Virus record (IMG/VR): IMGVR_UViG_3300042876_000282
Location: 1-64,000 of that record
Direction: 5' to 3' (one strand)
DNA length: 64,000 nt
Source of the DNA: a virus
The notes below the pieces were generated by a model that was not told where the DNA came from, did no database searches, and saw nothing but the letters and a program-made list of their open reading frames with translations. Every line of letters starts with the position of its first letter. Position 1 is the first letter of the stretch. Shown one piece after another: positions 48,117 to 57,091 of this stretch. Both the position numbers and the translations under genes were made by a program.

Positions 48117-48862
48117 AGACCCGCACGCGAAAGCCGAAGGCGGCTCCGCTCTTCGATCGTCCGGACGAGACCGAGCCGTTCGAGTCGTTCCCGCTCATGG
48201 GTACGCATTGTGGCGCGTGCGGCGAACCGCAACGTATGACGCCGGGCGGTGCGTCGTGCGCGAACGGACACGGCGGTGCGGCAGCGCTCGAAGACACTCG
48301 GGCACCGATGCCGGGCTCGACGCCGGCGACACGAACGCACGTCGACTCCGTCGCGGTGATCGCGTCGGCGTACGCGGAAGCGTCGAAGGTGTTCGGGTTC
48401 GCGGTGTCTCCGACGAAGACACGCGCCTACCACGATCCCGAGACACCGAACGCGAAGAGGCCGGCGACCGCGGCTCACTTCGAGGGCGTTCGGCTCTTCG
48501 AGGTTCCGACGACGCCGCTCGTGCAGATCGACCGCTGGCCGATGCCGGCCGGGCTCGACGTACGCGGCGCGCTCGTGAAGCTCTCTCCGGTGATCAAGTC
48601 GAGCGAGCGCGCGGGCTTCGATGCTGCGAGCGCGAAGCGCGAACTTCTCGCCGCTGGCGCGCTCGCGGTCTCACTCGCGCCGAAGGTCGTTCCCGATGGC
48701 ATCGTGACGTCGCGGCGCGATGCTGCGATCCGACGTGCGGCGGCTCCGCACGATGCGATCTCCGCGTGGTTCGAGACCGCCGCGGGGCTCGACGCAGGGC
48801 AACGGGCAGCGGCAACGGATGCCGCGCTCGCGATCTACGACTCCGCGCTCGCGGCGAAGTAG
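48113..48862 (+). CDS. Zinc-finger plus probable SbcD C-terminal (cap/Rad50-binding) domain
   Basis: CGAC..CANGH; VRLFEVP..PLVQI..DVRGALVKL..PHDAISAWF. Confidence 0.55.
   Translation: MKTRTRKPKAAPLFDRPDETEPFESFPLMGTHCGACGEPQRMTPGGASCANGHGGAAALEDTRAPMPGSTPATRTHVDSVAVIASAYAEASKVFGFAVSPTKTRAYHDPETPNAKRPATAAHFEGVRLFEVPTTPLVQIDRWPMPAGLDVRGALVKLSPVIKSSERAGFDAASAKRELLAAGALAVSLAPKVVPDGIVTSRRDAAIRRAAAPHDAISAWFETAAGLDAGQRAAATDAALAIYDSALAAK
48404..48422. repeat. 19-bp palindrome, copy 5
   Basis: GTGTCTCCGACGAAGACAC, in CDS. Confidence 0.9.
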
Positions 48863-48888
48863 GCGAACAAAGCAGGGAAGGTGTAGAC

Positions 48889-49269
48889 ATGGCAAAGAAG
48901 ATGGACCCCAACGTCAAGATCACGAACGCGATTTCGGATGCGCTCTTCGCGGTGGTGCGTGCGAGCAACTCCGATCCCGCCGGGCTCGTGATCTCGAAGG
49001 GCGGTCGCTCCGCTCTTCAACGGATCAAGTCGCTCGCGGACGCGATCACCGTTCCGACCGACGCCGACGTCGAGCGGATCGCGCACGAGCGCAAGCTCGC
49101 GCTCGCCGCGTTCGCGCTCAAGGCGAAGGCGAAGGCCGACCGCGAGAAGGCGAAGGCCAAGCGCGCGAAGAACACCGCGGCCGCTGCGAAGCGCTCCGGC
49201 AAGCGCGGCAAGGCGAAGGCCGCGAAGCGCTCGAAGGCGAAGACCTCCGACGCGAACGCGACTCACTGA
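48889..49269 (+). CDS. Basic Lys/Ala-tailed (histone-like) protein
   Basis: KAKAKA-rich C-terminus; RBS present. Confidence 0.65.
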   Translation: MAKKMDPNVKITNAISDALFAVVRASNSDPAGLVISKGGRSALQRIKSLADAITVPTDADVERIAHERKLALAAFALKAKAKADREKAKAKRAKNTAAAAKRSGKRGKAKAAKRSKAKTSDANATH

Positions 49270-49278
49270 ACGAAGACG

Positions 49279-49324
49279 CCGCGGGATGGTCTTCGGCTGG
49301 GTTCGACTCCCGGCTCGCGGTCCG
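49279..49324 (+). ncRNA. Armless tRNA-like element 2
   Basis: 7-bp stem CCGCGGG/CTCGCGG; T-arm CTGGG-TTCGACT-CCCGG; 11-nt GG linker; ends TCCG. Confidence 0.6.
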
Positions 49325-49347
49325 ATGACGAAGAGCAGGGGAAGCCG

Positions 49348-51300
49348 ATGCGACTAACACGAATCACGTTCGAGGATTGGATGGCGTACGCCGGGGTGCA
49401 GGACGTCGAACTCCCGCCCGGTCCGATCGCGGTCGTCGCGCGCTACGTCGGCGATCCGCGGCGAAGCAATTGGGCAGGGAAGACCGCGCTTCTCGAAGCG
49501 ATCGGATGGGCGCTCCATGGCACGCACCGGAAGCGGCTCGACGACGGGGTCATCCGCAACGGCTGCGAGTCGACCACGGTCCGGCTCGTGTTCGACAACG
49601 GCGTCGCGATCCGCCGAAGCCGCCGGCGCGGCAAGGCGTCAACGCTCGACGTCTCGATCGACAACGGCGCGACGATGCTCGAAGGATCGACCGCGCAGGA
49701 TGCGATCGACCGCTTGCTCCGGCTCACGTCCGCCGACCTCGAAGCGACGTCGTGGTTCAAACAAGGCGACGCCGAAGCGATCGTCGGGCAGACGAGCGGC
49801 AAGCGTCGCGCGGTCGTCGCGCGATGGCTCGAACTCGACGCGTGGGATCGTGCGTTCGCGATGGCGAAGGCGAAGGCGGTGCAGGCTGCGACGAAGGTCG
49901 AGACCGAAGCGCGGGTCGTCGCGGAACTCACGGCGGCAGCGCTCGACGACGCGACCGCGGCAGCGCTCCGCGCCGAACGCGAACGGCTCGAAGGCGAAGC
50001 CGGCGTCTTCAACGCGGAGGCGACGCAGTCGAGCGCGTGGCGTTCGGTGCTCGACGCGGAACGGCAGGCGGAGATCCTCGCGGCGAACGCGCGCGACGCC
50101 GCGAACCGCGCACGCGAAGCACGAGCGGATGTCGCCGGGCTCGACAAGCCCGACGTCGACCTCGACGCGTTGCGACGCTCGCACGCGCAAGCCGAAGACT
50201 TCGTCGGCCGCGCGCGGCAGGATGAACGCGAAGCGCGCGCGCTCGTCGGCGGTGAGTTCGATGGGCGGTGCCCGGTCATGCGGGCGGCTTGTCCGGCCGC
50301 GGACCATGTTCGGGGTGCAGGCGACGCCGCACGCGCGCGACTCGCGGACGCGCGCGCCGCGATCGCGAAGCTCGAAGCGGTCGAGCGCGAGACCCGCGCG
50401 GACCTCGAAGTCGCGACGACGAAGAGCACGCGGCACGCTCGCGCGGTCGAGCGGTACAACGTCGCGCTCGACGCCGCACGCGGGGCGAAGGCACGGCTCG
50501 ACGCGTTCGCGACTCCGTCGCCGGCGGAGGTCGAAGCCGCACGCGCGAAGCTCGAAGCCGCGGAGGCGGCGCGTGCTGAGTACGCGCGGGTGTCGCGTCG
50601 GCTGGGCGAGATCGATGCGACGCTCGACGGCGAACGGAAGCGACGCGCGCGGCTCGACGCCGCGAAGACGAAGGAAGCGGAAGCCGTGGCCGAACACGCG
50701 ATCGCGATGCTCGTCTCGAAGGCGTTCGCTCCGTCGGGCATCCCGGCGCGCATCGCGGCGGAGCAACTTCTCGGGCTCGAAGAGCGGGCGAACGCGTTGC
50801 TCGCGGGCTCGGGGCTCTCGTTCACGTTCGGCTGGGAGCGCGAGCTTCGAGACCTCGCGCCAACCTGCGACGCGTGCGGGTTCACGTTCAAGGGGCAGCG
50901 CGAGAAGACGTGTCCGCGGTGCTCGACGCCGCGCGCGATGAAGCGCACGGACGAGCTAGAGATCCTCGTCGACGACGGCAGCGGCGACCCCGAAGACGTC
51001 GGCGCGAAGTCGGGCGGGGCGAAGGTGCTCGTCGCAGCCGCGATTCGTCTCGCCGGTGGGATGATGCTTCGAGAGCTTCGAGGTTCTCCGGTGTCGTGGG
51101 CGGTGGTCGACGAGCCCTTCGGGTTCCTCGACGCGACGAACCGCGAAGCGCTGGCGCGCACGTTCTCGGCGATGCTCGGGGCGGTCGGACTCGATCAAGC
51201 GTTCGTGGTCTCGCATGACGCCGCGCTGCTGGACTCGCTCCCGTCGCGGCTCGTGATCGTGCGAGACGGCGACGCGTCGCGCTTGGAGATCGAAGCGTGA
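49348..51300 (+). CDS. sbcC: SbcC/Rad50 SMC-type ATPase
   Basis: SNWAGKT, FKQG Q-loop, coiled coils, CPV hook, SGG signature, VVDEP..LD, VVSH. Confidence 0.92.
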   Translation: MRLTRITFEDWMAYAGVQDVELPPGPIAVVARYVGDPRRSNWAGKTALLEAIGWALHGTHRKRLDDGVIRNGCESTTVRLVFDNGVAIRRSRRRGKASTLDVSIDNGATMLEGSTAQDAIDRLLRLTSADLEATSWFKQGDAEAIVGQTSGKRRAVVARWLELDAWDRAFAMAKAKAVQAATKVETEARVVAELTAAALDDATAAALRAERERLEGEAGVFNAEATQSSAWRSVLDAERQAEILAANARDAANRAREARADVAGLDKPDVDLDALRRSHAQAEDFVGRARQDEREARALVGGEFDGRCPVMRAACPAADHVRGAGDAARARLADARAAIAKLEAVERETRADLEVATTKSTRHARAVERYNVALDAARGAKARLDAFATPSPAEVEAARAKLEAAEAARAEYARVSRRLGEIDATLDGERKRRARLDAAKTKEAEAVAEHAIAMLVSKAFAPSGIPARIAAEQLLGLEERANALLAGSGLSFTFGWERELRDLAPTCDACGFTFKGQREKTCPRCSTPRAMKRTDELEILVDDGSGDPEDVGAKSGGAKVLVAAAIRLAGGMMLRELRGSPVSWAVVDEPFGFLDATNREALARTFSAMLGAVGLDQAFVVSHDAALLDSLPSRLVIVRDGDASRLEIEA

Positions 51301-51377
51301 ACGCGAAGACCTATGACCCCGCGAAGCTCTCGATCGAGATCAACGGGCTTCGCTTGAACCGAGAAAGCAGGGACGAC

Positions 51378-51776
51378 ATGGAAAGCAGACGACACGACCT
51401 CGCGCCGCTGGCGACGACCGAGACCTCGAAGCCGGCGACGGCGACGACGAAGAACCGGAAACAGAAACGCGCGGAGCAAGCCGCGCACAATCGCGCGGTG
51501 CGCAAGCTCGGCGGTCCGACGATGGCGGCGGCGGGTGTGCTCTTGAAGCAACGCGCGGTGCTGGCGCGCTTGCTCTCCGCGATGGTGGCGAAGCACGGCG
51601 GCTCGGTGCGGCTCACGGTCGAAGACCTCGACGCCGCGCGCAACGTCGGGCTCGTCGCGGAGAAGAACGCGGAGGGCGAGCCGGTGCTGCTGATCGCGAA
51701 CGGCGACGCGGGCGAGCCGCTCGGGATGTCGGTCGTCGACCTCGTCACCTTGCTCGCCATCGGTGGCAAGGCGTGA
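51378..51776 (+). CDS. Hypothetical protein
   Basis: AGCAGGG RBS; alternative start at 51297. Confidence 0.55.
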   Translation: MESRRHDLAPLATTETSKPATATTKNRKQKRAEQAAHNRAVRKLGGPTMAAAGVLLKQRAVLARLLSAMVAKHGGSVRLTVEDLDAARNVGLVAEKNAEGEPVLLIANGDAGEPLGMSVVDLVTLLAIGGKA

Positions 51777-52561
51777 CGATCTCACGCGCCGAAGCATGGG
51801 CGCTCGCGCCGGTGTCGCGGCGCGTGGTGCTCGGCATCGATCCCGGTGAACGTGCGGGCGCGAGTCTCGTCGTCGTGAACGATGACGGCGGAGTCGATCT
51901 CGTGTGGTCGCACGAGGTCGACACGATGACGCGCGAGGTCGAGACCGTGCTCGCGCACGCGTTCGCGCTCGCGCGCGAAGCGGGGACCAAGGTCGTGATC
52001 GTGGCCGAGGAATGGGGCCGCGGCGGACCGCTCGGTCTCGAACAATGGATGGGGCTCGGGATGCACGTCGGCGCGTGGCGACGCGCGGCTTTCATCGCTC
52101 ACGCCGAAGGTGCGTCGGACGCGTTCGCGAAGTCGTCGGGGTTCGTGCGCGTCGGCATGTCGTCGTGGCGTGCTGCGATGCTCCCCGGTGTCGCGGTCGA
52201 GGCGAAGCGCGCGAAGGGATCGAAGGCGAAGACCGAGGTCTGGAAGCGTGCGGCAACGCGGCGCGTGCTCGAACTCTGGCCGGGGCTCGACCCGCGGAGG
52301 TTCGGCGCGAACGCGGCAGAGTCGGCGCTGATCGCGCTCTTCGCGACGCGTGACGTCGACGCCGGCGAAGCCGCGGCGAAGGCTACGAAGGCGGCGGCGA
52401 AGGCTACGAAGGCGGCGGCGAAGGCGGAGCGCGCGACGAAGTCGAAGACCTCGAAGTCGCGACGCAAGCGCGAGACGTTGCCGGTGCCGAAGCCTGAACC
52501 GCGGGTACGCCGGCGGATGCAGATCGAGCGACTCCCGCTCCCGCCGAAGCTCCCCGAGTAG
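51773..52561 (+). CDS. RuvC-like Holliday junction resolvase
   Basis: VLGIDPG..G, IVAEE, W, K, NAAESALIA; Lys/Ala tail. Confidence 0.75.
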   Translation: MTISRAEAWALAPVSRRVVLGIDPGERAGASLVVVNDDGGVDLVWSHEVDTMTREVETVLAHAFALAREAGTKVVIVAEEWGRGGPLGLEQWMGLGMHVGAWRRAAFIAHAEGASDAFAKSSGFVRVGMSSWRAAMLPGVAVEAKRAKGSKAKTEVWKRAATRRVLELWPGLDPRRFGANAAESALIALFATRDVDAGEAAAKATKAAAKATKAAAKAERATKSKTSKSRRKRETLPVPKPEPRVRRRMQIERLPLPPKLPE

Positions 52562-52574
52562 GGGATTCGACCCG

Positions 52575-52667
52575 CCCCGAAAAAAAAGTTTCGCCGAACG
52601 CTTGACGCGCTCGGGGCGTGGTCGTATATCTAGGCTCACCAACGGGGCTCGCCCCGAGAAAGAGAAG
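52575..52667 (+). promoter_or_regulatory. Early promoter/stem-loop cassette, copy 2
   Basis: A-tract; TTGACG-N17-TATATCT; hairpin plus AGAAAGAGAAG. Confidence 0.8.
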
Positions 52668-52674
52668 CCCGAGA

Positions 52675-52863
52675 ATGACCCGCTCCTACATCCTCACCGT
52701 CGACGGCGACGAAGTCGGACCGACGACCCTCGACGAGTTCGTCGCTGCGAACCCCGATCTCGACGAGTCGATTGTCGCGGACCTCCGCATCATGCGGATC
52801 GGATCGCACTACACCGAGGGCGGCGGAGCCGCTCCCGTGTGGACCCTCACCCGTACCGCGTGA
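52675..52863 (+). CDS. Small hypothetical early protein
   Basis: ATG follows the conserved leader. Confidence 0.6.
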   Translation: MTRSYILTVDGDEVGPTTLDEFVAANPDLDESIVADLRIMRIGSHYTEGGGAAPVWTLTRTA

Positions 52864-52872
52864 GAAGAGCCG

Positions 52873-53319
52873 ATGAGAATCACACCCCGAGGAACGTACT
52901 ACCCCGCGCTGAACGAGACCGCGCTCGCGAACGTGACCGCGATCGGTCGCGGTGTCGCGGGCTCGAAGATCCCGGTGTTCGCGCTTGCTTCGATGCTCGT
53001 CGCGCGATGCACGGATCCGCGACACCGCACGGCGATCGGATCGTTCGGCGACCTCGCGCTCGCGCTCGCGTACTTCGGAGCGCTGAACGCACCGAACGCG
53101 ACCGCGCTCCGCTCGACGTTGTCGCGGCTCACGCCGGCAGCGCTCGACGCGCTCGACGACTTGCTCGCGCTGGCGCCGGGTTCGGCGTTCGTGTCGAACG
53201 TGCTCGACGCTGAACGGATGCAACGCGCGGGGATGCTCTCGGCGCCGTGGTTCTTCGAGGTCGTGGGGACTCGCGTTCGCATCGGTGCGATCGTGACGAC
53301 GCCGACCGCCAACGCGTGA
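52873..53319 (+). CDS. Hypothetical protein
   Basis: Operon packing and composition. Confidence 0.6.
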   Translation: MRITPRGTYYPALNETALANVTAIGRGVAGSKIPVFALASMLVARCTDPRHRTAIGSFGDLALALAYFGALNAPNATALRSTLSRLTPAALDALDDLLALAPGSAFVSNVLDAERMQRAGMLSAPWFFEVVGTRVRIGAIVTTPTANA

Positions 53320-53329
53320 GGGGGCGACG

Positions 53330-53518
53330 ATGGAAGCGATGATCATGCGGTACGAAGCGGTGCTCGAAGCGATGCAGGTCGACGCGCGGAAGTACGTCGG
53401 CGGCTTCGAGGTCGTTCGATTCGGTGAAGACGAGTTCGAGATCCGACGCGGGCTCGCGTCGTGGTCCGGTCTCACGCTGGGCAGCGCGGCCGCGCTCGTC
53501 GCGGGGGGTGTGTCGTGA
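53330..53518 (+). CDS. Hypothetical protein
   Basis: GAGGGGG RBS. Confidence 0.55.
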   Translation: MEAMIMRYEAVLEAMQVDARKYVGGFEVVRFGEDEFEIRRGLASWSGLTLGSAAALVAGGVS

Positions 53519-53997
53519 AGGATGGAACGTGGATGCTACGCGAAGCCGTGATCACGTATCGGCGGACCGAGTTCTCGCTCGACGCACCGAGCGCGCTCGG
53601 TCGCATGGTGCGGTCGTCGATCGATATCTCGCGCATCGCGAGCGAATGGATCGGCTCCGGGATCGTGGAGTCGTTCGTGGTCTTCGGACTCGACGCGAAG
53701 CTCCGGATCGTGGCGGCGTGCATGGTCTCGCGCGGTGGCGAGACTTCGACCTCGATCTCCATGGCGGAGGTCGCGCGCTTCGCGGTGCTCTCCGCGTCGA
53801 CGGGGCTCGTCTTCGCTCACAACCATCCGAGCGGGGATGCTACACCTTCGCCCGATGATATCGAGTTCACGCGCAAGGCTCGCGAGACGTTGCGCGCGCT
53901 CGGGATTCAGCTTCTCGATCACGTCGTCGTGACAGACGATCCGAACCGCGCGGTGTCGTTCATGGATAGGGGGTTGCTCGATGGCTCTACCAAGTAA
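53515..53997 (+). CDS. radC: RadC-like JAB-domain protein
   Basis: ESF....LD, HNHPSGD.TPS.DD, LLDHVVV. Confidence 0.92.
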   Translation: MKDGTWMLREAVITYRRTEFSLDAPSALGRMVRSSIDISRIASEWIGSGIVESFVVFGLDAKLRIVAACMVSRGGETSTSISMAEVARFAVLSASTGLVFAHNHPSGDATPSPDDIEFTRKARETLRALGIQLLDHVVVTDDPNRAVSFMDRGLLDGSTK

Positions 53998-54466
53998 GAA
54001 GAAGCTCAAGGCGAAGCCGAAGAAGACGAAGCCGAAGAAGCGGAAGCCGAGGAAGCGAGCGGCGAAGAGGCATCGTGCGCCGCTCGTCGAGTGCCTTGGA
54101 CGACCGACGTTCTACGGCGCGCGGATGACGGCGAAGGTCTACGTCGACCTCACGCAAGAGCAGGCGACGGTGGTCGTCGCGTTCTGCCGTGCGAAGTGGT
54201 TCGTCGTCAACGCACTCGCTCGCGAGACCGCGCTTGCCGCGGCAGGCATCGAAGGCAATGGCGTTCTCTCGGCGCGGAAGAACGCGGCTCCGAAGATCGC
54301 AGATCCGGTCGGCACGATCTCGCGTCCGATCATGTTCTCCGAAGTGCAACGCAACGCGATCGCGGAGCACGCTGCGAGCGTGGGCATGACGACTTCCGGG
54401 TTCATCCGCTGGGCCTTGCTCGCGTACGTCGGGCGCGCAGATCTCACGGAGGCGGCGCCGACATGA
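53981..54466 (+). CDS. Basic protein with probable ribbon-helix-helix domains
   Basis: IAEHAASVGMTTSGFIRWAL; Lys-rich N-terminus. Confidence 0.6.
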   Translation: MALPSKKKLKAKPKKTKPKKRKPRKRAAKRHRAPLVECLGRPTFYGARMTAKVYVDLTQEQATVVVAFCRAKWFVVNALARETALAAAGIEGNGVLSARKNAAPKIADPVGTISRPIMFSEVQRNAIAEHAASVGMTTSGFIRWALLAYVGRADLTEAAPT

Positions 54467-54933
54467 ACGAGCGAGAGATTCGGATCTACGTGTGCGGTGC
54501 GAGCTACGAAGCCGAGCGTTCCGCGAGAGCGATCGCAGCGCTTCGCGAACGCGGCGCGATGGTGACGCACGACTGGACGACGTCCGCGATCGCGATGCGA
54601 CCGCACGGCGGCGACTCCGGGCTCGACGCGGTCTTGCGCTGGCGAGCAACGCTCGAAGATCTGGCAGCGGTCGACGCCGCGCACGTCGTCCTATGGCTCG
54701 TGCCGGAACGCGGCTCGACGGGTGCAGGCTTCGAGGCCGGCTACGCGTTCGCGCGTGGGGTGACGGTGATCGCGGCCGGCCCGCATACCACGGCGACGAT
54801 CTTCTCCGCGGTCGCGACGACGACCGCGCTCGACGACGAGACCGGAGTCGAGATCGCGGTCCGTGCCGCACGACGCATCGCGAAGCGAACAAGCGATCCG
54901 CGCGCGAGCACGATTCGATTGGTCGAGGAATGA
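54463..54933 (+). CDS. Nucleoside 2-deoxyribosyltransferase-like protein
   Basis: IYVCG, DL.AV..A, STGAGFEAGYA. Confidence 0.8.
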   Translation: MNEREIRIYVCGASYEAERSARAIAALRERGAMVTHDWTTSAIAMRPHGGDSGLDAVLRWRATLEDLAAVDAAHVVLWLVPERGSTGAGFEAGYAFARGVTVIAAGPHTTATIFSAVATTTALDDETGVEIAVRAARRIAKRTSDPRASTIRLVEE

Positions 54934-55145
54934 AGACACGAACGAAGGTCGAGGCGTGTCCCGTATGCAGGATCAAGCCCGTCGCGGAATCGCTCCCGGT
55001 GTGCGCGTCATGCTGGCGCGGAGTTCCGCACGCGGAATCGATCGCGTACTTCGCCGCGGTCGACCGCGCGATCTTCGCCGTCGATCCTGCGAAAGCGATT
55101 CGACAAGCGCGAGCGCGTGTCGCGTTCGTGCTCCGCGGCAGATGA
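54930..55145 (+). CDS. Small zinc-finger protein
   Basis: CPVC...CASCW. Confidence 0.55.
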   Translation: MKTRTKVEACPVCRIKPVAESLPVCASCWRGVPHAESIAYFAAVDRAIFAVDPAKAIRQARARVAFVLRGR

Positions 55146-55159
55146 TAGGACGAGGCACG

Positions 55160-55687
55160 ATGCGAACACGAACGAAGAAAGCCGAACCCATGACGCACGA
55201 ACCCACGAAGCCGGTCGAGCCCGAGACGAAGTCGAAGGCGGCGCGGGTCGATCCCGCTGCACCGTCGCCGGACAAGAACTTGGTCGTGTTCCTCGGCGAA
55301 GCGTTCGCGGTCGAGCGCACGGACTCGCTCAACTGGACGGCGAAGCAACGTCGAGAGATCGATGCGTCGCACCACCTCGCACGCGGCGGCGGCTATCGGT
55401 GGGAGGTCGCCGGCTACTACTCGTCTCCGGGCGCGGCGTTCCGCAAGCTGGCGTCTCTCATGCTCGACACGCCGGCAGCGGTCGACGTGCGCGAGTTCGG
55501 CGATCGTGTCGACGCGCTCTTCGAGAAGTTCACGCCGGCGGTGCTACTCGCCGAACGGTCGAAGGCTCTCGCCGATGCGGCGGAAGAGTTCGACGGCGAC
55601 ACGCGCGCGAAGCTCGAAGCGTCGGCGCGTGCGCTCGCGGTGCGTGCCGGTCTGATCGTGGAAGAGGTGAGCCGTGATCCTGAGTGA
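55160..55687 (+). CDS. Hypothetical protein
   Basis: GAGG RBS; DSLNW...GYYSS pattern. Confidence 0.6.
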   Translation: MRTRTKKAEPMTHEPTKPVEPETKSKAARVDPAAPSPDKNLVVFLGEAFAVERTDSLNWTAKQRREIDASHHLARGGGYRWEVAGYYSSPGAAFRKLASLMLDTPAAVDVREFGDRVDALFEKFTPAVLLAERSKALADAAEEFDGDTRAKLEASARALAVRAGLIVEEVSRDPE

Positions 55688-56666
55688 CATCGACATCAAC
55701 GCGCGCATCGCGGCCGGCGACATCGCGATCGAACCGTTCGACGCTGCGACGCAGCTTCAACCCGCGTCGGTCGACCTCCGGCTCGGTCCCGAAGTCATCA
55801 ACTGGCATCGCCCACACGACGAAGACGACGACGCGATCGACGTCGCGAAGCCGACGCCGGAGCGCATGACGTCGAAGTACACGGCGAAGCCCGACGGGAT
55901 CACCGGCGGTGCGATCCTTCTCCGCTCGGGCGAGTTCATGCTCGGGACCACGATCGAACGTGTGCGGATTCCGCCGACGCTCGCCGCGCGTGTCGAGGGT
56001 CGCTCGTCGATCGGTCGACTCGGGATCGCGGTGCACGTCACGGCGGGGTTCATCGACCCCGGCTTCGAGGGGCAGATCACGCTGGAGATCGTGAACTTCA
56101 ACCCGCGTGCGATCTGGATTCGTCCGGGGATGCGGATCGCGCAACTCGTCTTCCACGAACTCCGCACGCCGGCGACACCCTACCGCGGGAAGTACCAGGG
56201 GCAGACGGGCACGACTGCGAGCCGAGCACATGTCGACTTCGCTCCGCGAACGCACGACGCTCCACACGCGTACGGCGTGCCGCTCTCCGCGCTCCCCGAC
56301 AGGATGCTCGAACACGCTCGCGGAGAGTTCGCTCGACGTGCTCGCGTGGACCTTCCCACGCCGAATCCGTTCGTCGAGTTCGGCTACGCGCTCGACGAAC
56401 CTACGACGCTCGACGAAGCCGAAGCGGTGCGCGAAGCGGAGGCAGCGTTTCGCAAGCTCGAAGAACGCGTCGACGGGCGGCTGATCGAGCAACGCATTCG
56501 CGACGCGTTGGGAGGGTACATCGGCACGTTGCTCACGCACGCGGCGCGTATGGAGATCCAGATCAAGGCGACGCGTGTGTTCCACGAAATCGCGAAGAGC
56601 GCAGGCGTCACGCTCACGCCGCGCGAGATGGCGCTGCTCGCGCAGTACGCGGTCGCGTTGCGATGA
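55674..56666 (+). CDS. dcd: dCTP deaminase with C-terminal extension
   Basis: MILSD, QPASVDLRLG, EGRSSIGRLG, IDPGFEGQITLE, GKYQGQ. Confidence 0.93.
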   Translation: MILSDIDINARIAAGDIAIEPFDAATQLQPASVDLRLGPEVINWHRPHDEDDDAIDVAKPTPERMTSKYTAKPDGITGGAILLRSGEFMLGTTIERVRIPPTLAARVEGRSSIGRLGIAVHVTAGFIDPGFEGQITLEIVNFNPRAIWIRPGMRIAQLVFHELRTPATPYRGKYQGQTGTTASRAHVDFAPRTHDAPHAYGVPLSALPDRMLEHARGEFARRARVDLPTPNPFVEFGYALDEPTTLDEAEAVREAEAAFRKLEERVDGRLIEQRIRDALGGYIGTLLTHAARMEIQIKATRVFHEIAKSAGVTLTPREMALLAQYAVALR

Positions 56667-57091
56667 CGAAGGCTCGCACGCGCCGGCGTTCGTGGTGGAC
56701 CGCGGGCTCGCCGTACCTCGACGGCGACGAGTTCGCGGTCGTCGATCTCACGACGTCGTTCGACCTCGAACGCGACCCGTGTCTCGTCGGCGTCGACCCC
56801 GTCGCGCTTCTCGGGATCGAGCACGCGCACCCTCGCGACTACGAACACGCGATCGCGGAGGTGCTCGTGCGTGGACCGCGCACGTTCGCAGGGCTGGCGG
56901 CGGAGGTCGCGCGCGTGCGCGGCTCCGATGCGTGCTCGACGGCGTTCGAGTTCGCGCTGTGGGCGATGGTCGAAGCCGGCTCGGTGAAGGTCTCGCCGGA
57001 GCCGCCGGCGAAGTTCGCGGCGTGGTACTCGGTCGTGCGACCGAACTTCGCTCGCGCCTACGATCGAACGCTTGAACGGAGGTACGTGTGA
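56663..57091 (+). CDS. Hypothetical protein (possible winged helix)
   Basis: ATGA overlap. Confidence 0.55.
   Translation: MTKARTRRRSWWTAGSPYLDGDEFAVVDLTTSFDLERDPCLVGVDPVALLGIEHAHPRDYEHAIAEVLVRGPRTFAGLAAEVARVRGSDACSTAFEFALWAMVEAGSVKVSPEPPAKFAAWYSVVRPNFARAYDRTLERRYV

Noticed and set aside
47880-48490. Group I/II intron or ribosomal bypass within sbcD
   Set aside because: No intron core motifs recognised; the interval is filled by translationally coupled ORFs
45205-49330. T-arm sequences as genuine tRNA genes
   Set aside because: No D-stem or anticodon arm and only about 45 nt long; reported as tRNA-like elements instead
7113-51161. Long minus-strand ORFs (e.g. 7113-9560, 24374-26452, 36299-39160, 49443-51161)
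   Set aside because: Antisense shadows of real genes in high-GC DNA; Arg/Ala/Ser-rich and without motifs
52368-52430. 21-bp tandem repeat (AAAKATK) in the RuvC-like tail
   Set aside because: Ordinary slippage in a low-complexity Lys/Ala tail
52561-52590. GGGG...CCCC plus A-run as a terminator
   Set aside because: The U-tract is on the wrong side of the hairpin for either strand; it is the inverted upstream tract of the promoter cassette
12430-54600. Frequent GCGATCGC (HIP1-like octamer)
   Set aside because: Mostly in-frame Ala-Ile-Ala from preferred codons GCG-ATC-GCG; enrichment cannot be shown without counts
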